DNA of 64,000 nucleotides. Origin: an uncultured Bacteroidaceae bacterium. GTDB lineage: Bacteria; Bacteroidota; Bacteroidia; Bacteroidales; Bacteroidaceae. The DNA is taken from assembly GCA_964512955.1 (NCBI GenBank), contig CAZEKX010000001.1, positions 7,659 through 71,658 on the forward strand, read 5' to 3'. A program made the position numbers and the translations under genes. The notes beneath the pieces were generated by a model that saw only the letters and a program-made list of their open reading frames with translations, made no database searches and was not told where the DNA came from. This document shows positions 45,672 to 54,460 of this stretch, in pieces. Positions within the stretch are counted from its first letter, which is position 1. Every line of letters starts with the position of its first letter.

Positions 45672-46184
45672 CTACATGTTTATGAGTTTATCGTGGGAGT
45701 TGCTTTGTTGTATCTGTGGACGTTTACGCAGTGTAAACATCTCCCTTAAGTTGAAAATAATCTGTTGTACTTCACTTGCCGCAATCGCTGCCTCGTCGGG
45801 CTTGTGTTGTAACATCCATAATTGCAGTGTACGCATTACGATGTAGTTCTCTATCATGGTTTCTAACTGTGGCACTGCTTCGTCGGGGTAGTTCTGCGGT
45901 ATATCTACCAAGAATACTGTATTGTTTGTATCTTCAGTTGCATCGTTGCTTGCAGTTTCTCTACTGCATAGAGCAAAATACCTTGACAACATTCTTGAAA
46001 CTTCGCCGGTAGGGGTATTGATGTGGTCGATGATTTGTGTTTTGTCGTCGCTCGAGGCTTGTATGTTTGCTGCTGCTTTTTCCGGGAATCCCACCTGCTT
46101 ACGTGCCTCTCCTGTGTAGTAGCAATGTGTGTATATGCGTTGCAACACATTGTTAATGTTTAAAACTATTCTTCTCTTTTTCAT
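45672..46184 (-). CDS. Phage-island small protein, paralog family member 2
   Basis: 170 aa. IPQNYPDEAVPQLETMIENYIVMRTLQLWMLQHKPDEAA...LRKRPQ aligns with MPVNWKNSQLTNLCMQCIAYVKQSLVARWLDFVKPDSAM...LRKKPD of 54461-54877. Confidence 0.4.
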   Translation of the reverse strand: MKKRRIVLNINNVLQRIYTHCYYTGEARKQVGFPEKAAANIQASSDDKTQIIDHINTPTGEVSRMLSRYFALCSRETASNDATEDTNNTVFLVDIPQNYPDEAVPQLETMIENYIVMRTLQLWMLQHKPDEAAIAASEVQQIIFNLREMFTLRKRPQIQQSNSHDKLINM

Positions 46185-46234
46185 TATATATATTTATATG
46201 TAATTTAAAATTCAAAAACTTCTTAAACTGTTGC

Positions 46235-46651
46235 TCAGACAACTGCAATCTTTCTCTCTTTAATAGATTTATAAATAAGTCCGCGGAATGTACCCTCGTC
46301 GATGTAAAAAGATGGTGCAGGCTCTTCTATTATACTACCTAAAATTGTGTAATTGTCGCATACATCTTTAATTCTTTTCCTGTAGCGTTCGTATATCTCT
46401 TTGTACATTGATATCTTATTGCTGTTTGCTATTGGCAGACGCTTTTTTCTCATTAAGAGCGATATGAAACGACGAGCATTCTCGTAACTTATGTAGAACC
46501 GGGGTGCGGTAGATTTTACAGCCTCATGTATCACTTCGCTAATTGTTGTCTTAGGGTCTGCCTTGCGCATCTTCTTAAGGGTGTCGAAGAAAATTTCTAG
46601 AACAGCCTGCTTACGCATTTCGCTAACTTTTTTCTCTTCAATCTTTGTCAT
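46235..46651 (-). CDS. Hypothetical basic helical protein (possible small terminase or DNA-binding regulator)
   Basis: 138 aa and the first gene of the terL-containing operon. It is Lys/Arg-rich and helical, with no motif I can name. Confidence 0.25.
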   Translation of the reverse strand: MTKIEEKKVSEMRKQAVLEIFFDTLKKMRKADPKTTISEVIHEAVKSTAPRFYISYENARRFISLLMRKKRLPIANSNKISMYKEIYERYRKRIKDVCDNYTILGSIIEEPAPSFYIDEGTFRGLIYKSIKERKIAVV

Positions 46652-46811
46652 AATAGGTTTTGTTTTTTCTTACAAAAATATAGCCAAAAATGGCTGAATG
46701 GTTGCGGATTTATGATAATCTTTTCAACAGTTTTTGAATTTGATGTAATAATTCTGCAACCTTAAACTTTGCTCATGCCCCCATCTTTGCCAACGAAAAA
46801 ACAAAATAATC

Positions 46812-47600
46812 ATGAATAAGAATTTTACAAACCAAGGACAAGAGGAGATGCAGACAGTGCAGACACCGTCTAGCGAATTTCCTCAACAGAGTAGTGTGGG
46901 ACAGGTTCCCGTAAATCCTTATGAGGATTTCGAAACCGAATTGCAAGAGATGTTTGGTGAGGGCTTCAGACTCGATGATGAGTCTTCGCAGGAGTTGTTA
47001 TTGAGACATCTTAGAATTAACAGAGAACAGAACGATAAGTTGGCAGATGCCTTGGAACGCGACCCGCGTCTTGCACAAATGTTGTCGGATGTGGTAGAGG
47101 GAAAGAGAAATGCCCATGCCTCTATGGCACGTTACTTTGGACGCACTCTTATGGATATGGATGAGGACAGCCCCGAATACGAAGAGATGATGATGGCAGA
47201 CGAGGAGCGCCGCGAAGAGGTCTTTCGACTTGCCGAAAATCGTCGTGAGTATGAGGCTAATTTAGAGATAAGCAGGCCCATAATAGAAACATTCTGCCGC
47301 GACAGAGGGTATGACCCTTCCGACTTTATGGAGATGGTGTGGGAGAAGGTTGTATTCCCAATACTTTCGGGTAAATATTCCTATGAGGTGTGTACTGCAC
47401 TCGACCACTCGCTAACCTATGAACAGGATGTGGAAGATGCTTTTGCTGCCGGTGATGTCAAAGGACGTAACACAAATATTCAACGAATGAAAGAGGATAT
47501 CGGCGATGGATTGCCAAAAGGACTTAGCAGTGTGGCACCCGATACCGCTCCTGTAAAACGTAGAACAAACAGTCTTATAGAGGCTGCTCTGAAAGCATAA
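46812..47600 (+). CDS. Putative scaffolding protein
   Basis: 262 aa, strongly acidic and helical (EEMMMADEERREEVFRLAENRREYEANLE), immediately upstream of the capsid gene. Confidence 0.4.
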   Translation: MNKNFTNQGQEEMQTVQTPSSEFPQQSSVGQVPVNPYEDFETELQEMFGEGFRLDDESSQELLLRHLRINREQNDKLADALERDPRLAQMLSDVVEGKRNAHASMARYFGRTLMDMDEDSPEYEEMMMADEERREEVFRLAENRREYEANLEISRPIIETFCRDRGYDPSDFMEMVWEKVVFPILSGKYSYEVCTALDHSLTYEQDVEDAFAAGDVKGRNTNIQRMKEDIGDGLPKGLSSVAPDTAPVKRRTNSLIEAALKA

Positions 47601-47636
47601 CTTACAATATTTATTAATTATTTTAATCCTTTTTTT

Positions 47637-49265
47637 ATGAAGAAATTTTTGAATTTTTTGAAAGAAAATCCGTTGTTCGTTTTTCTTTCGTTGGTATCTG
47701 TAGCACTTCTCTTGTCGGGTGGTGAAGAGGGTGGCTTAATGTTGGCAACAGTGAATGTTATTGCTCCCGGCACACCGCGTGCATCGCGTGGAATAGCAGG
47801 TTTGCCATCCCATGGCTATGGCGATGCGACAACTGTTTCAAATGCATCGGAACTTGGTAATGATTTTCTGGAACCCGATTTTGATGAGGATATTGTTAAA
47901 ATTGCAAGCGACGAGAGTGTTATCGATACTATAAAAAGACGTGTCGACAGACAGGTTGCGGTTAACTCCTTTGAGGTGAACCATTACATGATTGACGAAA
48001 AACGATCCAAGGCTTACACCAATCAAACATGCTCCGGAGCAGGTTCTGCACGAGGAGAGATTCCTTTCTCTACCGTTGGTGAAAGAAAAATATTCCAGGA
48101 GTATTTTACTGCAATATGTAAAGGCGTGAATGGATACGACCCTACAGGCCAGATAGAACTTCCCGGTGTCGACCTCATGATATTCTTTGTTGGAAAAAAT
48201 CCTACAACAGAGGCTCCTATCGCTATGGCTGTCAACGGACCTAAGATAAATCCTACCGATGACTATTGTGTCCTTCCTGAAATTCCTGCAGGTACCGAGG
48301 TAATATTACTCTCGTCGGCAGCCTATGAGACACAGAAATTTATTGCTCCAAGTACTGTCGTTCCGGTTCCCGAACGTGTATATCTGCAAAAACAACTTTG
48401 TAATAATATTGTCAGCGACTATTTTAAAGCACAAAGAAAGAAGGTTGAGTTTGGCGAGGCACAGATTGCCGAAGCGGTTGTACGTCAGTTCCGTTTGGAG
48501 AGTTGTCGTACAGCGTGGGTGGGACAGCCCGGTAAATTCAAAGTACAGGCTATGGATGCCTCTATGGGTTACCAGTGGGACTACTTCTCCAAAGGTTTGC
48601 GTTGGCAGTTTAAACGTCAGTACGACCTCTCTTCTACAATAACATTTGCTGATTTAATAAACCTGTCAATGGTGAAGTTTACCGGATATAATTGCAGCAA
48701 GAAGGCTGTATGGCTCTTAGGACGTCAATTGCTGAACGATATACAAAAAATAGATATCACTTTGCATAAAAACATATCTATGTCGGGTAGCAGTGTGTTT
48801 GGATTGAAATGTACCCGCATACAAACAGTGTTCGGTGAAATTAATCTTGTACACGATCCCACACTCGATGCTCTTGGCTACTCAAACTGTGGAGGTCTTA
48901 TAGATGAGAACGGCTTGGTACGTTACTTTATGAAAAATGAAGATACCAAAACAGAAAATGTCGATGGCGAGGAGGCTAAGCGTCAGGTGGTAATGACTAT
49001 CGACTGTTTGTGTCTTAAAGGATACAGCCATATATGGGTTAACGGCTCGGCAGAAAAGAGTGATATTCCCGGTGCATCGCATGTAACAAGTTCGGCTACA
49101 TTACCCGAATCGCCAAATGCGAACGATGTGGTGGTTCTTACTGCCGATGTCAATCACTCGGTAAACGGAGTGTCGCAGTTGTGGTTCCCTGCTGGCAGTG
49201 TGGTAACATATAACGGCAATACATGGGTGGAGTATACAGGCGAAATACTTACTGTTGGTGAATAA
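47637..49265 (+). CDS. Major capsid protein (HK97-fold, SU10/DUF5309-like)
   Basis: The pattern FLEPDFDEDIVKIASDESVIDTIKRRVDRQVAVNSFEVNHYMIDE matches the N-arm/E-loop signature of this capsid family (i..i.p..tP....i......v.s...eW.e.d). Size, position after the scaffold gene and a hairpin after the gene all fit. An alternative start at 47739 (MLATVNV) is possible. Confidence 0.6.
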   Translation: MKKFLNFLKENPLFVFLSLVSVALLLSGGEEGGLMLATVNVIAPGTPRASRGIAGLPSHGYGDATTVSNASELGNDFLEPDFDEDIVKIASDESVIDTIKRRVDRQVAVNSFEVNHYMIDEKRSKAYTNQTCSGAGSARGEIPFSTVGERKIFQEYFTAICKGVNGYDPTGQIELPGVDLMIFFVGKNPTTEAPIAMAVNGPKINPTDDYCVLPEIPAGTEVILLSSAAYETQKFIAPSTVVPVPERVYLQKQLCNNIVSDYFKAQRKKVEFGEAQIAEAVVRQFRLESCRTAWVGQPGKFKVQAMDASMGYQWDYFSKGLRWQFKRQYDLSSTITFADLINLSMVKFTGYNCSKKAVWLLGRQLLNDIQKIDITLHKNISMSGSSVFGLKCTRIQTVFGEINLVHDPTLDALGYSNCGGLIDENGLVRYFMKNEDTKTENVDGEEAKRQVVMTIDCLCLKGYSHIWVNGSAEKSDIPGASHVTSSATLPESPNANDVVVLTADVNHSVNGVSQLWFPAGSVVTYNGNTWVEYTGEILTVGE

Positions 49266-49279
49266 TATATAATTCGCAT

Positions 49280-49301
49280 GGTGTGCCGTTGTCGGCACAC
49301 C
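49280..49301 (+). terminator. GC-rich hairpin after the capsid gene (partial terminator or RNA-stabilising element)
   Basis: ggtgtgccg / ttgt / cggcacacc. There is no strong T-run, so read-through into downstream genes is likely. Confidence 0.45.
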
Positions 49302-49319
49302 TGCATAAATTAAAATATC

Positions 49320-49742
49320 ATGAAAAAAATAGTTACTTACGAAATACACGGACAGGTTGAGAGAAACAGTTATTTCCGTGTGGGAAAGGCTTTGATACGT
49401 ATTGAGTTCAAGGGTGGTTCAATAAATTCGGCAGAATGTATACCGGCACGATTTATTACCGATAACCCTCTGATGCAAAAGGCAATTGAGGAAAGTGCCG
49501 CATTCCGTTGCGGCGAAATAAAGAAAGGTAAAGTGGATATTATTGAGGATGTAAACGAGTGTGCTGCTTCATCTGAAAACGCAACAGAGGTTACAGTTTT
49601 CTCCGATGTTAAGAATATGCAGCAGGCACGTGCTGTTTTAATGGCTGAACCTTTCTTGTGCCAATTGTCGGAGTTACAAACAAAAGCGGCTGTTAAGGCT
49701 ATGGCCGAGGAGAAAGGTATTACATTTCCCAACTGGTTATGA
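49320..49742 (+). CDS. Hypothetical virion-associated protein (beta-rich N-terminal domain plus a HeH/SAP-like C-terminal helix pair)
   Basis: 140 aa. The C-terminus VKNMQQARAVLMAE...LQTKAAVKAMAEEKGITFPNW resembles short HeH-type modules common in phage head proteins. Confidence 0.3.
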   Translation: MKKIVTYEIHGQVERNSYFRVGKALIRIEFKGGSINSAECIPARFITDNPLMQKAIEESAAFRCGEIKKGKVDIIEDVNECAASSENATEVTVFSDVKNMQQARAVLMAEPFLCQLSELQTKAAVKAMAEEKGITFPNWL

Positions 49743-50392
49743 TAACAACAGAGAATTTAAAGGCAAAGGTGCGCTTTTTGCTAAATGAGGCGAATGATGA
49801 CAGCGATGTAACGTTACTTGCAGCAGATACACGAAAAATAGACGATTACATAGAGTCGTTGCTTCCCGAAGCAGTGCTTTTTGTACAGATGAACAGTGAA
49901 CGTTGCGGTGTTAATCCTAAAAGTATAACCATTGCCAAAGAGAAAATAACCACTGCCTCCGATGGCAGTGGATATTTTCCTCTGCCCGACGATTTTGTAC
50001 GTCTTGTGCAGTTAAACATGACAGGATGGAAACGTCCGTGCAAAATACTCTATCCCGACAATTCGTCTATGGCATTGGCGCAAGGTAACTTTTATACAAG
50101 AGCCGGGTGGTGCAAACCTGTTGCTGTTCTGGGTTATACTGCCGATGGCATGAAAGCACTATATTTCTACTCTTTGCCTATTGGGGTATCGCCTAATGTT
50201 GATAGTTTTATATATGAAGCACTGTATGTCCCCGATAATGGTTTATGTGGCAACGATGATGTCCTGCACGAGGCTGTAGCGTACAGGTGTGCAGCACTTG
50301 TCTTTAATGTGTTTGATAAACACGATAGCGCCGCTTCAATGCTATCTATTGCGGCATCGTTGTGTAATGGTAATAGAAACAATGAAAAATAG
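49739..50392 (+). CDS. Hypothetical protein (possible gp6-like head-tail adaptor)
   Basis: 217 aa with an ATGA start/stop overlap with the upstream gene. The N-terminus LKAKVRFLLNEANDDSDVTLL...IDDYIESLLPEAV resembles adaptor N-termini. Confidence 0.3.
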   Translation: MITTENLKAKVRFLLNEANDDSDVTLLAADTRKIDDYIESLLPEAVLFVQMNSERCGVNPKSITIAKEKITTASDGSGYFPLPDDFVRLVQLNMTGWKRPCKILYPDNSSMALAQGNFYTRAGWCKPVAVLGYTADGMKALYFYSLPIGVSPNVDSFIYEALYVPDNGLCGNDDVLHEAVAYRCAALVFNVFDKHDSAASMLSIAASLCNGNRNNEK

Positions 50393-50397
50393 GAATT

Positions 50398-50679
50398 ATG
50401 GCTGTTAAGAACTTGACAATATCCAAGAATGGAATTTTCTGGGAGACAGAACCTCTGCAATGTGTAGGTGGCGATATAAGGGTTAGAGTACATAAAAACG
50501 GACTCTATCCGGTGGAGATCTTAGTGAGTATAGATGGCGAAGAGGAGTATTTGCGACACGATGACTTTGGTTTCGACGAATATAAATGCGAGATAACAAT
50601 AGAAGGAGTTATGCCGGAGCAGTTCATTATGTTGCGCTCACGTAGCGAACTGACATTGGTAAAAACATTGGAAATGTAG
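50398..50679 (+). CDS. Hypothetical small beta-rich protein
   Basis: 93 aa intact ORF, tightly spaced within the operon. Confidence 0.3.
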   Translation: MAVKNLTISKNGIFWETEPLQCVGGDIRVRVHKNGLYPVEILVSIDGEEEYLRHDDFGFDEYKCEITIEGVMPEQFIMLRSRSELTLVKTLEM

Positions 50680-50686
50680 AGCCGGT

Positions 50687-51157
50687 ATGGACGAAGTGAA
50701 ATTTTTTGTGGCATCGTTCTTTGCAAATTTTGCAAGTATACTGTTCCCGATAAAGAACGATATATTCGGGCTTATAATGCTATTTACTCTGAACTTTGTA
50801 ATAGGTTTGCTTGCCGACCTTAGCAACAGACGAGAATGGAGTTTTAAAAAAGCATTTCGTCTATTCAGAGATGCGGCAATATACTTTGTATTGGTAGCCT
50901 CTATCTATCTGCTAGGACATATAAAAGGTGAAGATGCTACCGCAGTGCAGTGTGTTTCGTTCCTTATATATATTGCAATATATTTCTATGGAACCAATAT
51001 ACTGCGTAATGCACGCATGATAACCCAACACGGAAGTACTTTATTTCGTATTCTCGATTTTCTTTACTATCTCCTTAGTCTGCGTATTGTGGAACGGTTC
51101 AGTTATTTGAAAGGCTATGTCAATGAATATGAGAAAGAGAATAAAAGCATACTTTAG
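50687..51157 (+). CDS. Holin-like membrane protein
   Basis: 156 aa with about 4 TM helices. The segment FTLNFVIGLLADLSNRREWSFKKAFRLFRD resembles phage holin family 4-type proteins. It lies directly upstream of a spanin-like gene. Confidence 0.45.
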   Translation: MDEVKFFVASFFANFASILFPIKNDIFGLIMLFTLNFVIGLLADLSNRREWSFKKAFRLFRDAAIYFVLVASIYLLGHIKGEDATAVQCVSFLIYIAIYFYGTNILRNARMITQHGSTLFRILDFLYYLLSLRIVERFSYLKGYVNEYEKENKSIL

Positions 51158-51539
51158 TCTGTTACTTTTTATATCTGTTGCGTCGTGTGCTGTAACACGT
51201 TCGGGTGAAAGTACGATACGTACACTGTATAATAGTTCCGACAAGCATACTCGCGACAGTATTTTTATTCGCGACAGTATAATTGTGTATACAAAATCGG
51301 ATACGGTATATAAGGATCATTGGCACACTCTCTATCGCGACCGTATACAAACAGATACACTTCTCATAACCGATACGCTCTATTGTGAAAAAACTATTGA
51401 AGAACCTGTGAAATGTAATGAGGATGTTTCTGCAAAAAGTGTATTCCGCTTTGCCTTTTTGATTTTTTTGTTCATTGTTCTGTGGAAGTGTGGTCTGCTC
51501 GATGTGATTGCAAAACTGTTAAAACGTCTTGTTAATTGA
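51129..51539 (+). CDS. Unimolecular-spanin-like protein (N-terminal lipoprotein signal plus C-terminal TM anchor)
   Basis: MRKRIKAYFSLLLFISVASC contains a lipobox (VASC). The C-terminal TM is FRFAFLIFLFIVLWKCGLL. At 136 aa it has the same architecture as T1 gp11-type u-spanins. It overlaps the holin 3' end, and alternative ATGs lie at 51117 and 51123. Confidence 0.4.
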   Translation: MRKRIKAYFSLLLFISVASCAVTRSGESTIRTLYNSSDKHTRDSIFIRDSIIVYTKSDTVYKDHWHTLYRDRIQTDTLLITDTLYCEKTIEEPVKCNEDVSAKSVFRFAFLIFLFIVLWKCGLLDVIAKLLKRLVN

Positions 51540-51559
51540 TTTTATTAATAATATATATT

Positions 51560-54454
51560 ATGCAAAAGAGTTTTTCTTTTCGTGGCATTGTACGTAATAC
51601 CGATAATTTGTTTGCTCGCGAGGGTGAATGTATGGAACTTGTAAATATGAGAATCTGTAATGGCTCACTGGAACCAATTGCTCCACCTTTTGAGGTGAAA
51701 AGTTTGCCATGTTCCTATTCTGCTGTATATTTCCACAGTGAAACTTCGGTATATATGTGTATAACCAAAGATAAAGGAATGGTGCATCTCTACGATATAT
51801 CTTTCTCTCCATTGTCTTCGGCTGTATCTCTGTATGGTATCCCTCTGCTCTCTACCGAAGCGGTAGATGTTTGTCGTATAGAATTTTCGGGTAATATAGC
51901 CTGTTTACTTACATCCAAAAGCACTTTATATGCAATCTATGACAATGGTGTATATAAGTGGCTTGGTGCGTCCCCTAAAATGCCGACATTGACGTTTACC
52001 GTCGATTCCATTATTCATAAAGTTACTACTGACGATGAATATTATCAGGGGTTTACACGCGATAACGAAAAAGTTGCTCTCTACTGGAATAATGCATCAA
52101 AAGGTTATTTCGATGAGTGCGTGGCAAAACTTAATGAACAGGGATATTATGTCGATAGGGCACTTTTTCGTTTTGCTTTCAGGCTCTTCGATGGTAGTTA
52201 TGCCTATTATTCTCCGGTTTATTATGTAGAGGACAAGAATAGCATAAACGGCTTGTCGCGCGATAAAGGTAATTTCGTATTTACAAGGGTGAATGAATCG
52301 GATACAATAGGATTATCGAAATACAATGTAATGGTGCAGGGTTTTAAACCAACATTTCATTTCTCGGACTTCAATTTAAAAGAGTGGGAGAATATAATTG
52401 TATCGGTCGACCTCTTTACTACAGGTTCCATAATGGGGCATAAGATTGTAAATAACGGTACAGAAGTATCTTCTCGTGTCGATAATGTCAACACATCTTC
52501 GTCCTATGGATTCGATTATTACGACAATAAAACAAATCTGGAAATATTTAACGACACCGCTACTGCATCATCCTTTTATAAGATTGCCGAATATAAATTA
52601 AATGGGGTGTTGGTCGATAATGAAGAGAATGTCTCATCCGAAAAACTCGTATTGTCGGACTCTTTGCCTGCCGATAGTGGAAATCTCAACGACTGTTCTG
52701 CCCAATACAGTTATATGTTCAACGGTTGTCTTCACTTGGCATCTTTACGCGAGAAACTATTTAAAGGGTACAATGGCGATTGCTTTCTCCCATCGTCACT
52801 CACTCCTAAATATATAACGGCAACTGTATATACAGAACTGAATACCACAAATGGAACATCTGTTGTAAAAAGGGAATATGATGGAGATTTTCTCATTGGA
52901 GAAACCGATGCAGGTTATTGCATATCGCCTTACATATCCTATCCCGATATGCGTGCTGTTAAGATGACATTTTCGCTATTGATAGATGGGACGTATTACA
53001 ATAAAACTTTTTCACTAATACAGCATAAAATGCTGAATATGGCATACTATCTTAATACAAAAGATAGAGGGTTGACACTTACGGTAGATATAACAAATTC
53101 TTCTGTAACATCGGTGCATGTATACTACGAGGAAATTTTAAAATCCTATTTCTCATATAAAACAGGAAGTTACAATATTGTTTATTCAACCTCTACCGGA
53201 TGGATGTATGGCGACAAGGTTTTTACCTTAAATACTAAGGAGGGTACGGGAGAACGCTATCCGGCTATAACGTGGAGAGGAACACCAACCGACGGTGATG
53301 TCATTGTTATATCCATAGCCCAAAGTGCCGACGACGACAAGAAAGGTACAATAGAGAATATTGCAATAGATTCAACTTGGGAAAGCAGTACATCGAAAGT
53401 CGATATCTCGGAGATGAATACGGTTGAGGTTCGTAAAAATATACTCAAGGTCTCTTCTGTCGATAATCCTTTTTTGTTTCCTGCTATACAAACCTATGCT
53501 CCCACAAATGAAGAAATAATAGGTGTGTGCAGTAATACCGTCGCTCTTTCACAAGGACAGTTTGGACAACATCCGCTCTACATCTTTTGCAGTAATGGAA
53601 TATGGGCAATGTCGGTCGATACATCGGGTACACTTGCTTATAATGGTTCTTATCCAATGTCGCGCGAGGTTTGTACAAATGCCAAATCTATACGTGGTAT
53701 CGATGCCGGAGTGATATTTGCAACAGCAAAAGGTGTTATGTTAATGCATGGTGGCAGCATAAAACAATTATCGGCTTCAATGGATGCCGATTTTCATCCA
53801 TTGAAGTATCTATCTTCGACAAACATCTTCAGCAGAGTGGCTGCAATTGTCTCATTAAATAATTTCTCGAACAATGAGACATTTTACAGTTATTTACAAC
53901 AGGCAACCATAGGTTTCAATTACCCCAAGCGTGAAATTATAGTCTCTAATTCGGGATACCCGTATAGTTATCTCTGTTCTTTGGAAAACGGAGAGTGGAG
54001 CAAAATATCATATAATTTCGATTTTGTATTGAATAGTTATCCCAACCTATGGTGCATAAAAAGTGATCTTAACAAAACTATTATACTTACTCCAAACAAT
54101 TATGTTTCTAGTGAAAACTCGGTGTTGCTGATATCGCGACCTTTATTGTGGGGTGGTAAACTATATAAAAGAGTGCTGCAGATGATGCTGCATGCTACTG
54201 TTAAGCCTGCAAAAGGCGATAATACTTTCAATGGATTGGCTTGTTACCTGTTATGCAGTAACGATGGAGTGAACTTTAAACTTGTTACAGGCAATGAACG
54301 TAGAGTGGAGTTTTGCGACATGGTATTCCCTTATATACCAACTCAATCTTATCGATATTTTGCCATAGTACTTGTGGGAAATATATCTACCGAAAGTAAA
54401 ATTAATGCTGTTGAGATGTATATCGATTCGGCATGGAATAATCGTTTACGTTAA
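51560..54454 (+). CDS. Large (964 aa) protein of unknown function; portal or tail/receptor-binding candidate
   Basis: Longest ORF of the island, with no motif I can assign. The ATG at 51560 is preferred, because 51536 is a TTG. Confidence 0.3.
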   Translation: MQKSFSFRGIVRNTDNLFAREGECMELVNMRICNGSLEPIAPPFEVKSLPCSYSAVYFHSETSVYMCITKDKGMVHLYDISFSPLSSAVSLYGIPLLSTEAVDVCRIEFSGNIACLLTSKSTLYAIYDNGVYKWLGASPKMPTLTFTVDSIIHKVTTDDEYYQGFTRDNEKVALYWNNASKGYFDECVAKLNEQGYYVDRALFRFAFRLFDGSYAYYSPVYYVEDKNSINGLSRDKGNFVFTRVNESDTIGLSKYNVMVQGFKPTFHFSDFNLKEWENIIVSVDLFTTGSIMGHKIVNNGTEVSSRVDNVNTSSSYGFDYYDNKTNLEIFNDTATASSFYKIAEYKLNGVLVDNEENVSSEKLVLSDSLPADSGNLNDCSAQYSYMFNGCLHLASLREKLFKGYNGDCFLPSSLTPKYITATVYTELNTTNGTSVVKREYDGDFLIGETDAGYCISPYISYPDMRAVKMTFSLLIDGTYYNKTFSLIQHKMLNMAYYLNTKDRGLTLTVDITNSSVTSVHVYYEEILKSYFSYKTGSYNIVYSTSTGWMYGDKVFTLNTKEGTGERYPAITWRGTPTDGDVIVISIAQSADDDKKGTIENIAIDSTWESSTSKVDISEMNTVEVRKNILKVSSVDNPFLFPAIQTYAPTNEEIIGVCSNTVALSQGQFGQHPLYIFCSNGIWAMSVDTSGTLAYNGSYPMSREVCTNAKSIRGIDAGVIFATAKGVMLMHGGSIKQLSASMDADFHPLKYLSSTNIFSRVAAIVSLNNFSNNETFYSYLQQATIGFNYPKREIIVSNSGYPYSYLCSLENGEWSKISYNFDFVLNSYPNLWCIKSDLNKTIILTPNNYVSSENSVLLISRPLLWGGKLYKRVLQMMLHATVKPAKGDNTFNGLACYLLCSNDGVNFKLVTGNERRVEFCDMVFPYIPTQSYRYFAIVLVGNISTESKINAVEMYIDSAWNNRLR

Positions 54455-54460
54455 AAGAAT

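Noticed and set aside
51117-51157. Overlap between the holin-like and spanin-like ORFs considered as a programmed frameshift or an embedded-gene arrangement.
   Set aside because: The overlap is only 29-41 nt, depending on which of three ATGs is used. No slippery heptamer was seen. Simple overlapping start and stop codons are common in phage lysis cassettes.
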